Shown here one piece after another: positions 12,001 through 16,969 of a stretch of 64,000 nt of DNA. The first letter of the stretch is position 1. Every line of letters starts with the position of its first letter. Below the pieces are notes generated by a model. The model was not told the origin of the DNA and did no database searches. It saw nothing but the letters and a program-made list of their open reading frames with translations. Location of the stretch: positions 3,218 to 67,217 of the forward strand of contig JAGVFW010000008.1 of assembly GCA_020057405.1 (NCBI GenBank). Direction: 5' to 3'. The position numbers and the translations under genes were made by a program. This DNA comes from an archaeon (lineage in GTDB: Archaea; Micrarchaeota; Micrarchaeia; Norongarragalinales; UBA97).

Positions 12001-14702
12001 TTCGGCAAGTGTTTGACCTGTCGCTTGCCTCAATCGGCCTTTCCTTGGGCGGCCTTCTCGGCTCTTTCTTCTCCGGCGGCACTTCACTCTCTGTGACAGC
12101 AGTTGGCGTGGCAATCGGAAAAGGAGCCGGCCAGTCAATCGGCGCTTGCGCGAGCCTTGGCGCTTCAGTCGCGGCTGGTACGGTTGTCACTTCAGGCGTG
12201 GGCTCGCAGACAGTTTGCGAAGCGTTCAACGCCTGCGTTTACGGCCAAATATTCTCGCTAATGACTGGATTCGGCGGAAGCAAGACTCCACCCGCATCGC
12301 CTTCGGGCTTCACAGCAGGAGTGGCGCAAACTGGAAGCGCGTTTAAGGGCGGCTTCGGCACGGCATGGAAGGAACTTACTGGCTTTGGCCTTGGAAGCAA
12401 GGCGGTTGCAGCGCGCTTCGTCCCCGGCATGGTCGTCGGCGGCATGGTTGGCTTGGGCGGCGACGGAACGCAAAACCTGCTGCCCTCATACTACCTCGGC
12501 AAAGAAAAAGCAAGTCAAATAAGACAAAGCGCGGTGCCGGATTCACAGCAATTAATTAAAGCGCTGCGTGATGAAGGCGTGCCCGCATCAGGCGCGATAC
12601 CACCAACAATGGTAACGGATGCGCAAGCAAGAGCTATTTTCAATAAATACGATGAACTGGTTAACGGAAGGGCAGCAACGGCAACTGCGACCGCAGTTGC
12701 TCCAAGATTCCCGGCAGGCGGGGCGCAAGCCTGGAAGGAAGCAACGCTCGACGTGTTTGGTACGGGTTTTGTGAGTACAGTAACGTTAGACAAGATAGCC
12801 CTCGCGGGTTCCAAGACGCCGTTTGGCGCGCAAACCAACGCTTACGTCAAGGCAGTTGAAGAGGCGCTCAAGAAGGCAGGCACTACTGAAGGAAAGACCG
12901 CCAAAGTTATCTTAGGCAAGTGGGGCCCAAGCATCAGGGTTCCCGGAAAAGAGCTTACTGACGGAGTTGAGGCGCTGGCTCAGAAAGTCGCGGAGAAAAT
13001 CAAGGAAGGAAAAGCGGAAGACATTGCAGTCACGGAAGCGCTTAACGAACTCAGAATGGGCCTAGACGACTCGGCAGTCATAGAATCCCTTGACGATGCA
13101 GGAAAGAAGTCTCTCGAAAGCAAAGCAACAAGTGCGGCAACTTCACTCGAAGAAGCGAAAACCGCGGCTACAGGCATCAGGTCGCTGACGCAAGAACACA
13201 ACTTCGAGGATGAGTTTAACCGCATAAAGAGAGCCTCAACAGCAGCTGAACTTCAAGGCATAGAAGATAATCTAAAGGGGCTAAGCACGAGCGGTACATC
13301 ATCTACCTATCGAACCAAGCTTATGAATTACATCGGCGACCGCAAGGTAGCGTTGGAAGGTAAACCGATTTCAGAAGCTAAAATTGCGGCTGAAAGTGCT
13401 AGATTTGAGACTAGGGTCAACCTATATCGCGGTTCGGGCGGAACATCTGAAATCCAAAGCGAAATATCTAGAACAATTAGAAGAATCGAGGGATTGTCCA
13501 GTTCTGGTGATGCGGCAACACTTGAAGGAAGCATTCGAGCCGACATCGATTCTTTTGTTTCCCGACTTAAAGGCGCTAATAATAAAGCGGCGTCAGCCGC
13601 TGAGAAAGCCGCCACCAAGGTCACGCTTGAAAACGTGCTTGATGACCTAATTCTAGTCAAAAAAGATGTTCTCGCTAACCAGGACGGATTTAGAACTGCA
13701 CAAGCAGGATTGGAAACAAAGGCAAACGCTGCAGAAGGAACGGCCGAAACCGCAACAAGAGGCAAAACTAGTGTGAGACTGCCTGCAGCAACGATTGACG
13801 TTACAAAAGTTGACGAGCTCGTTACTCGAATTGGGACTGCAACTGACGCCGAGCTAATCCAAATTGAAACCGAGCTTCGGACAACGAAACTTTCAGCCGT
13901 AAGCGATGCTCAAAGAAAAGTTACTAAGGCAATCACTGACAGGCGAGCATATCTTACAACCAAGGCGGGCTTGGTTGGCACAAGCGAGTTTAAGACTTCA
14001 TTCCTGAAGCGGTTGTTCGGCGCGGGCAAGAGCGAGGCAGACGTAATCAGCGTTGTGAAGAAAGTCAAGGCGCCGACTGCCTGGCGCGCGGCACTTGGAC
14101 AGAACTTCAAGGAGTTGTTCCTCAAGAAGCTTCCAACGGGCTTGCTCAGGCTATTCTTGACGCTATTGTTCCACGTTGACGTCGCGCCCGTGCAGGCGGC
14201 GCTCCAGTCGCACACTAACTCGATTGTGGCGACGAACTTTGAGTATGTGACGCGCGCGGGCACCAACTACATTCCATCTATACACCGATACTGTGATGCG
14301 ACTACGACAGGGTGCGACAAGGAAGTCGTGCTTGACGGGAATGGCGACTGCAGTCCACAGCAGGGATTTGCAGCCTGCGGCGGGTTCAGGGAAAAGACCG
14401 GCGGCGGTTACGCAGCGGCGTTCGTGGTTAACGACAGGGTCGAATCAAATAATGGCGGCCAGATAAACCAGAAGAGCGAAACGCCGGCTGGCACTATCGA
14501 CCTCGGACAAGTTGATGACGACACTGGCAAGATTAAGGCCGAAGCCGCTAGCAAGGAAGAACAGAAGGCGCAGGAGTCGGTTGGACCGCAGTCAAAGAGC
14601 CTGATGTCATCAGTATTCAACCCCGCCCAACCGCCATTAGGCAAGGGCTTCGGATTGATTGGCAACCTGGAAAAGAGGAGTGATGAAACAAATGGCGGCT
14701 AA
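1..14702 (+). CDS. Giant membrane-anchored surface protein, 5'-truncated by the window edge (>4,884 aa)
   Basis: One uninterrupted frame. The frame is still open from nt 3 to the TTG at 48 (SVVVSERVSDGNGKE...), so the true N-terminus lies upstream. It contains ~85-aa beta-sandwich modules resembling carboxypeptidase-regulatory/Big Ig-like domains (e.g. RLRVHVSNFDSADASGASVALF..TTGPDGVQYFDDVP). These are followed by a ~1,900-aa divergent repeat array, T/P/Q-rich linkers, Cys-rich modules, a Gly-rich hydrophobic block, a long A/E/K helical segment and a late TM helix (LLRLFLTLLFHV). Stop TAA at 14700-14702. Confidence 0.85.
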   Translation, partial: SVVVSERVSDGNGKELFTGKTGEDGSISPQDAVLGTLITAKVTAAGYSPKVSDAVTIVAETAITIEIRSLTGPQKLTVSLVDGDGKLVANGLLRLYARQPDGAMAVVDEKKPFKETVDFELEQNREYALSAYATGFLPQFFQKLEPGGKSITLVQATPAKSARLRVHVSNFDSADASGASVALFSADRLPLGLSEKTTGPDGVQYFDDVPLTKVIAMAASQGRFGESPVTVSSGNSSVEVLLPRGNGRVLLTVKDKFSLKPVKGAAVRVSAFEERACTTDDKGQCAVEATEFAGARAIASGAGYETLSTAQFDVRPGVDTKVEALLFPTSVTASTKLEFNGFYDTSGNKVTTLSPASVYRAKFTLRSPPIDYSQARAFVSVGELTATLEGSPVTITAYDAAGAQRVYTGTDFQLARQLNSAGDNTTFDAAAAASVPNAKEYKWVDFVFDKFSGGREISVTITTKASPSAKSALNYRTEFYTTDGVLRSPADAEAGKSKSELLAATDSAPIDLSFQGTCQDDLCVQAFLETLDGTRAQTGFQTPLGREFYLKFKAASFGTPFEAQLLTSGVAVGLLRGTSGGAETSPKPAPDGTLAVRMPASGGEGTFTLRGQRVSSDAYVKLTLYRGDAVAFEKTLFLRVNAEGTPTLSIIANPRTLVALAATPVVITVRDSLGVPVTGARVSLGGVGNDALGRIDEATEDVTLPGTYRIESVTAESAGVIAYAVDAAGFAIARGTISVNAHNLISVGETSLAVEVTAKGQETRTPITVTNLLDNEISVSLSVTRDGIPNLLDIGAEPSQAARMPSRGVLNAYLRAAIADYVLGLAAQGDTIKDSISGRVRVIGKLGAVRQAVEVPFTAKATLVRTAISDAWGIDASALNIELSPPDVAEKTVEVQVRNTGPHPLLINQQVNGLKGVFVNPPSQQVSPGATTAMQILARVSGASSSNQCVFDATTTKGTIRFFATFQGISSNKDLPVTLSLTAKGVCRPTAEQLLTMPIATRFELPADAKVRKNDDGSTTVQMSDGRRVRFSAGATVATTAVTVPPETEFYAEGTAATTATDGFKFTPPVGLILVLPAGVPVISRGDSSAAIIGTTQVLFPSTLAFSQDAGGRAVRVPPGTIVQITALPQVSLESNTLAILPAKIVFDFSRNAIVRENDDGSFSVESAGNAIGFSAQSQHAPQGSDGSVQVTVPSGTGVLFPTAVFSGRANNGFELRVPASLSIEIPSDVEVATRGTTIAAFLPDYDLLLPAGTTFKASAGGKTAAVGPNAIVSFKSVTGISLTGNAFANLPFALRLVLPGGARLDGSEVGKTATLASGETIGLPPDATVSDAQLDGTRVTTVPPYSQVSLPKSFFTPVTGGGFNLKPAVPYALGFPIGTRQVEAGNDLLMLLPDYDLRVPKNTRLAPDSGLLFTTQMAAGTQTRAAPAPEISVADLGRVTLPFDLTATLPAAARVNERSDGIAVLVRDGLTIGFSAPAELSHDNGSTINAPAGAAVLLPAYLIESTPDGSLRLTLPIDVSLSFDTGVQLQRGPAGNSFVSDDYKLDAGSATRVDVSKAGVLRAIVPAGTALTLTSTANAIAAGDEVSIPAQLSLQLPVDAIVRARADGRLYVEARGMRALFGAGATADAGKITVPENTQVIFSRGIVGQLRNAGLAQGRDFKLTIPIAYALAFPAGAGAPVATKRGTTAIAFRGLVIEFPPTAQSSSGDSGTLVSMTGGSATNFITWINGIPASELGGIIDAADAALTPRERLALAAKDNIAVTLPFQLELLVPPSFSMTTADDTGSGPAVWLSSRVAIAFGPTSQVAGSVPKTITAPAGTQLSLPASMLSRSPDGGYAITIPFSTAVLIPEDTEVVNDKQTYALLSNARQELALPAGTAFIQVQDLLRADLQPNTRIEVNPIGAAQLDGLVPVRLPVDAELLFASGVRAFTSGASTVVRLPDGSTAQFPGTIDAQTGPGGVRVLQWTGGTAAMLPRAAVTSDANGGTQFSLPIAANVILPPDARVVQRSGLVAVLAAQRAQITLPTSAKPASDKRGFIASVPAGGRISVSTFGLDVIGQPIVVPFEMHVNVPADAIVDENAPGGVVVEFSANSRAKFSGGVFTSPTGLGTGASLYGLQYGNGFFGSQLSPYGAGWQQNQNQFAQQVRLNLLTVPAFSQVTLAPSLMRPLGYSQGGLAGASAYEFSLPVMWTAIPQSTGAIYNNPDRSYSIFVQNNEIVFPAGTQSSPLSQFGGGLGAQQLIVPAFAPVRVLPVFNGASPFERRPLPFEMAMQLPQGARVLPRGQDGTRTIDFGGGRRMVLDRDLFVDERSVSGPTPPQLSELVITQGTLVGFSPGIYRPLPPQFANPMETASLPQNLWGFALQLPAAIKIRVPSDTRFAKNADGSQSAFVQNFEIRVPAGTSQPLTENGQNGVRTLAVAPNAQVLVVPLALSDSFERIELAVPFDVTFALSADARVLPKAADGSWAIEVPGRGSIAFRPESELAANKVNVPAGSGFFASRELAKADKSVDEFGTRATAFTFTAPMSMSIKSDTQPQGTGASRSLTSGTVELVLPAGVQSSKLGNAYVTIVSAGSQLVLRPIDASFGQNLQDIFLPGEAAFSLPTDAKAFGTSPAGEMPVKFASGQGIVFKGGSRVEGDGATRKVIVPNGASLAPSYALLKTASTTVRQQIQRTQTVPQGWRFATPSQLTVTLPAATRVETGDNGFLVQGQYESYLLPRNAQQSLGKDKALVFTLAPGMVIEYTPVDFNTGGLTEFVFPIAAALTLPLRTLEFADPGTSKVYYSLPSGEKVVLAAPAKKNAAGELVAQVEAGQVIFVPRGWKTDAPNGVVLKYGSRWSFAVPSGTKAEENGGEYLIRVPSTASPTERAGVYLPFPPAFSKNGVESGGRELKNPFALAAQATKASAGQKADGQSFVIVPAGTSVRFEATEKTAADVAGGPTGTLEITLDFDGAIQAADESTVNDKGGSVDVMNTACGNLQVDDTVFPKPGKRIVHTKTVQFQITNARADAESKRISFKAGAKLTIIACRQSEPEWRQVRLFFPVQTTFILPNDAPPLEGSGKVDFGACKEIRTSADVKMKPPRAEVIDFGSVPSPVKSSDKRGQQPDSLPTFTVPADYGILFTICKGDTKFNINTQGLAKAPVPNSIEVQVDGGASKDELHLVLDDGNRKANARIKMRNSGATVIEVNLDSTEADDKIKAAYNNEGEIWWGRTGGIGEGWVWETGYEKKAPVFRLSPTDDFRNVVSTDISLPRSSEFVNPLTGCVEKEAVIEGTLTFKGSLVTDKRPTQSNPLKVKIEIKKNPGACAAAQSLERVLRSGFYATHTAEIKVGDSFATPGKTLYFKTPDASHVQYFALINNLQEKATLSSKWTGTQVTDCSILKAGELVPIDALVMEKGEALVIKCTPKAGVTIPDGGDSGKQRLEIKATPKGTGSDTATQTTQSPVTTVTPTPTPNAAGQTQVQPTAPTAGGSSFFNTDEETKANTIRAVPVDTVAVIEFDVFNPEPLNKQFYLDAGTPLGSLCPFGQNAIDSSCNAALTTPANNFGSGASTGTQNGGTQANGGTNGQQNTQPTTPELGKCDGETAKVPIGTCYNEAHKADATKAGYVCTDAGNGRADYQMAPAQGKATKATNNVDLTRCCPAGGVNLNPSNDGKGCQNENTNPDNTVKAAAVSRINFQSAPSGTTGVSGATVTAPETTTGGSAAPTADTKDATAVNSVYYSLCEEFYCSSDQAQMAFKSHVMGYREIIDEARKESAGTTPDDKTQEVKVLNKLRERFKLGSTTSGFARAFVIQKAGDDKVTNAQIQKAALDAFPATTWHPKNVGVDGELGACGIYIVQTTFRFGPSAFSAASKAETALAESEITINIVKAADCPKNLANAPILMGPPVEKDGLTNTEIWTGRRVVKWPTDVDRITLLFDIGGRWAELQKETGGGVVGTALSVLSYPSVLALGPYGEEYNLKDAVIAKEAYRQMFGVEPAKVLAHKGVSYNDAGYCFQNGIRQVFDLSLASIGLSLGGLLGSFFSGGTSLSVTAVGVAIGKGAGQSIGACASLGASVAAGTVVTSGVGSQTVCEAFNACVYGQIFSLMTGFGGSKTPPASPSGFTAGVAQTGSAFKGGFGTAWKELTGFGLGSKAVAARFVPGMVVGGMVGLGGDGTQNLLPSYYLGKEKASQIRQSAVPDSQQLIKALRDEGVPASGAIPPTMVTDAQARAIFNKYDELVNGRAATATATAVAPRFPAGGAQAWKEATLDVFGTGFVSTVTLDKIALAGSKTPFGAQTNAYVKAVEEALKKAGTTEGKTAKVILGKWGPSIRVPGKELTDGVEALAQKVAEKIKEGKAEDIAVTEALNELRMGLDDSAVIESLDDAGKKSLESKATSAATSLEEAKTAATGIRSLTQEHNFEDEFNRIKRASTAAELQGIEDNLKGLSTSGTSSTYRTKLMNYIGDRKVALEGKPISEAKIAAESARFETRVNLYRGSGGTSEIQSEISRTIRRIEGLSSSGDAATLEGSIRADIDSFVSRLKGANNKAASAAEKAATKVTLENVLDDLILVKKDVLANQDGFRTAQAGLETKANAAEGTAETATRGKTSVRLPAATIDVTKVDELVTRIGTATDAELIQIETELRTTKLSAVSDAQRKVTKAITDRRAYLTTKAGLVGTSEFKTSFLKRLFGAGKSEADVISVVKKVKAPTAWRAALGQNFKELFLKKLPTGLLRLFLTLLFHVDVAPVQAALQSHTNSIVATNFEYVTRAGTNYIPSIHRYCDATTTGCDKEVVLDGNGDCSPQQGFAACGGFREKTGGGYAAAFVVNDRVESNNGGQINQKSETPAGTIDLGQVDDDTGKIKAEAASKEEQKAQESVGPQSKSLMSSVFNPAQPPLGKGFGLIGNLEKRSDETNGG
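2991..8800 (+). repeat. Protein-level tandem repeat array inside the giant ORF (~12 bipartite units of ~160 aa)
   Basis: Two sub-motifs alternate. Type A is 'F.L.LP.DA.V....DG....V....G....F..GA........VP.GT.V.F' (e.g. FELPADAKVRKNDDGSTTVQMSDGRRVRFSAGATV..VTVPPETEF; LQLPVDAIVRARADGRLYVEARGMRALFGAGAT..ITVPENTQVIF). Type B is 'F.L..P......P.....V...G...A.L.....L.LPAGT.F' (e.g. FELRVPASLSIEIPSDVEVATRGTTIAAFLPDYDLLLPAGTTFK). The repeats are too diverged to appear as DNA repeats. Boundaries are approximate. Confidence 0.6.
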
Positions 14703-15318
14703 GCCTAGAAAAACAAACAGCTGGCCGCTCGTCGCCGTCCTAGCGATTGCCGCGATAGCAATTGCAGTAGGCTACCTCGCGTTCCAGGCGCCGGGAACAA
14801 ACCCGGTAAAACAGGTGCTCAACCCAAAGAGCCCGCTTGAGAAGGCAGGCGCGGTTTTCGAGCAACAGTACGGAAAAGACTTTGCCACCTACTCCGACCC
14901 TGACTACGGGTTTTCACTCAAGTATCCCCTTGGCTACAAGATTGACAAGGGCTTTACCGACGACGCGAGGGTAATAGTCTATGCAGTATCGGCCGAAGGC
15001 GCACCCGAAACATTTACGGTCGGAGTGGACAACGCCTCAGTCGGACAAAACGAGTTTGACGGAATCGTGCAGCTATACGACCCGCAGTACGTCGAGTCGG
15101 CAACGCAAACGACGATAAACTCGGCAAACGCCTACATCCTCAGCGTAGTCGGGCCAGACGAGTACACCAACTCCAACTCGACAATGCACCAGGCTTTCGT
15201 AAGCTGCAAGCGTGACGACGGCTTGACCTACACCGCCATCCTCACCGCAATGGTGCCACGAGAACTGGGCGCCAACGTTCCACTAATGGACTACATGATT
15301 TCCTCCTTCAGGTGCTAG
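14683..15318 (+). CDS. Membrane-anchored extracytoplasmic protein (possibly a PsbP/DcrB-like fold)
   Basis: ATG 14683 is preceded by GAGGAG (14675-14680) and overlaps the giant ORF by 20 nt. N-terminal TM helix WPLVAVLAIAAIAIAVGYLAF. The YGFSLKYPLGYKI motif resembles PsbP/DcrB-type secreted domains, but this is weak. The ORF-track start TTG 14659 is an alternative. Confidence 0.7.
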   Translation: MKQMAAKPRKTNSWPLVAVLAIAAIAIAVGYLAFQAPGTNPVKQVLNPKSPLEKAGAVFEQQYGKDFATYSDPDYGFSLKYPLGYKIDKGFTDDARVIVYAVSAEGAPETFTVGVDNASVGQNEFDGIVQLYDPQYVESATQTTINSANAYILSVVGPDEYTNSNSTMHQAFVSCKRDDGLTYTAILTAMVPRELGANVPLMDYMISSFRC

Positions 15319-15635
15319 AATTGATTTGGGTAAAGGTGCACGAGCGCAGTTTCAAAGGACAGACGCGCACGGTCATCGCAGCCTGCGACGCCAGGCTCCT
15401 TGGCAAAGTGCTTAAGGGGAGAAACGGCGTTGTGCTCAACCTCAAGCTCCACCGCGCATTCTACGAGGGCGAGAAGGTAAACGGCATGGAGCTTGCCGAG
15501 ATACTCAAAGGTGCGATTAACGTCAATCTAGTCGGCGACGAGACTATCGCCGCCGCGTCAAAAGCTTTGCCCGTGAAGAAAGAGTACGCGAAAAAGATTG
15601 CAGGCGTGCCACACTTACAGTTCTACCGGATTTAG
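15312..15635 (+). CDS. DUF424-family archaeal protein
   Basis: VKVHERS..TVIAACDARLLGKVL...FYEGEKV...NVNLVGDE...IAGVPHLQ matches my recollection of the DUF424 pattern (..CD.ELLGK..FYGGE...N.VG...I.GVPHAQ). The GTG 15312 start overlaps the upstream stop. TTG 15321, 6 nt after AGGTG, is an alternative start. Confidence 0.6.
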   Translation: MLELIWVKVHERSFKGQTRTVIAACDARLLGKVLKGRNGVVLNLKLHRAFYEGEKVNGMELAEILKGAINVNLVGDETIAAASKALPVKKEYAKKIAGVPHLQFYRI

Positions 15636-15646
15636 GGCAAACTTAG

Positions 15647-15778
15647 TTCGCCAGCAAAGGCAAGAACTTGTCCTTCGTTGACGGCATCGGCTACACCCTT
15701 GCAAGAAAACAGGGCCTGACTTTCCTAACTGGCGACCCTGCCTTTGAGGGAATGCAGGGAGTCGAATTCGTCAGGTAA
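15647..15778 (+). pseudogene. C-terminal remnant of a PIN-domain (VapC-like) toxin gene
   Basis: The 43-codon open frame FASKGKNLSFVDGIGYTLARKQGLTFLTGDPAFEGMQGVEFVR* matches the typical VapC C-terminus (..LS..D.I.YA.A..LG..FLTGD..F.G...VE.V). It has no start codon, an in-frame TAG lies immediately upstream (15644-15646), and there is no room for the ~90 missing N-terminal residues. Confidence 0.55.
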
Positions 15779-15788
15779 CTGCGGCGAG

Positions 15789-16067
15789 CTATTCAGGCAG
15801 GATTGGCGGCCGCTCGTCGGTGATGAAGGAGTAGTACGCCCCGAACTTGTACTGGTAGTCTAGCACGCGGCGCAGAAAACTGCTTACGCGCGCGGAGCGC
15901 ATGCCGCGGATGAGCACGGAGCCGAAGTTAAGAATCCAGCCGAGGAACGAAAGGACGCTTAGGATGTAGAGCACGAGGACTACGGGAATCCAGTAGACCA
16001 GGCGCACGAGAAGTTCGAAGCGCGAGGCTTTTTGCGGCGATTTTACCGAAGTCTGGATGGTTTTCAT
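15789..16067 (-). CDS. DUF4389-family small membrane protein (paralog 2)
   Basis: SRFELLVRLVYWIPVVLVLYIL...LGWILNFGSVLIRGMRS...TDERPPILP fits the DUF4389 pattern (R..RL...IP..IVL......I.W....F.GR.P......TD.YPPF). It is a tandem paralog of the gene at 16068-16358. Confidence 0.7.
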   Translation of the reverse strand: MKTIQTSVKSPQKASRFELLVRLVYWIPVVLVLYILSVLSFLGWILNFGSVLIRGMRSARVSSFLRRVLDYQYKFGAYYSFITDERPPILPE

Positions 16068-16358
16068 TTACCCGCTCTCGGGAATGATTGGGGGCCGCTC
16101 GTCGGTTGTGCCAAACGCGTAGGCCGAGCTCTTGAAGAGATAGTCAAAAGCCAGGTTGAGGAAGGCGGATACGCGAACGCTGCGGCGGCCGCGGATTAGG
16201 ATTGAGCCCCAGTTGAGCAGCCAGCCGAGTCCCGAGAGGAGCATGAGGATGTAGGTGACTATTGCAAGCGGAATCGTGTAAACCAATCGCACGAGCAGTT
16301 CGAAGCGCGAGGCCTCGGGGGCGGAATTGACTGAAGTCCGGATAGTTTGCATGGGCAA
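16068..16358 (-). CDS. DUF4389-family small membrane protein (paralog 1)
   Basis: SRFELLVRLVYTIPLAIVTYIL...LGWLLNWGSILIRGRRS...TDERPPIIP. It abuts the downstream paralog with no spacer (stop at 16068, next start at 16067). Confidence 0.7.
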   Translation of the reverse strand: MPMQTIRTSVNSAPEASRFELLVRLVYTIPLAIVTYILMLLSGLGWLLNWGSILIRGRRSVRVSAFLNLAFDYLFKSSAYAFGTTDERPPIIPESG

Positions 16359-16386
16359 ATCACCTATTTAGGCTTAGCCAACCTGC

Positions 16387-16397
16387 GTTTTTAAAGG
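16387..16397 (+). promoter_or_regulatory. TATA-like box (GTTTTTAAAGG) for the 16414 gene
   Basis: The only AT-rich element in a GC-rich spacer, about 22 nt upstream of the GTG start. Confidence 0.4.
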
Positions 16398-16413
16398 AAT
16401 CTGCAGTAACCAT

Positions 16414-16893
16414 GTGGTGGACAGGCGCATTCTCTACAGCATCGCCGCTTTTGTGGCAACCGCCGGCCTTTACCTCGCAATAACCGCCTCGGGCGCGTCG
16501 CTTCCGCAAGTGCCGTCACTCTACTACTATGGCTTGGAAGACTGGGGCAACGGCAAGGCAGTGAGCCTGGCGGGCGTCGTGCTCGCCTATCTTTTCGTCT
16601 CAGTGGCGGCACTGCTTTTCTTCGGCCACGCGGCGCCCCTTGCGATGGCAATGGAGGGGTTGAAATACGCCTCGGCGTACAGCCACGCGAGCGTGCACCC
16701 CTACGATTTTCTCTTCGTCATCCCGCAGTTCATCGCAGTCTACGCGGGCCTGAGGTTGAGTGCGAACGCCGAGGCCGACTTTGACCACAGGGGAACGGTG
16801 TTCAAGCAATGGCAGTTTCCGCTTTTACTCTACGTCGCCGGCGCGGCTTTGGCCCTAGTGCTTTACCTCGTGCGGCCGCCGTTTGTCAGCTGA
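16414..16893 (+). CDS. Multi-pass membrane protein (about 4 TM), no recognised family
   Basis: GTG start 22 nt downstream of a TTTTTAAA box. Four hydrophobic segments. Only a faint resemblance to SpoIIM/DUF95. Confidence 0.6.
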   Translation: MVDRRILYSIAAFVATAGLYLAITASGASLPQVPSLYYYGLEDWGNGKAVSLAGVVLAYLFVSVAALLFFGHAAPLAMAMEGLKYASAYSHASVHPYDFLFVIPQFIAVYAGLRLSANAEADFDHRGTVFKQWQFPLLLYVAGAALALVLYLVRPPFVS

Positions 16894-16939
16894 CTTGAGG
16901 CACGCGGGCAACGCGCCCACACCCGCCCCCCAACAGCAG

Positions 16940-16948
16940 TTTTTAAAA
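16940..16948 (+). promoter_or_regulatory. TATA-like box (TTTTTAAAA) for the 16970 gene
   Basis: Centre lies 26 nt upstream of the ATG. No SD-like element in between. Confidence 0.45.
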
Positions 16949-16969
16949 CGACGGCGCAGTTGGTAATCC

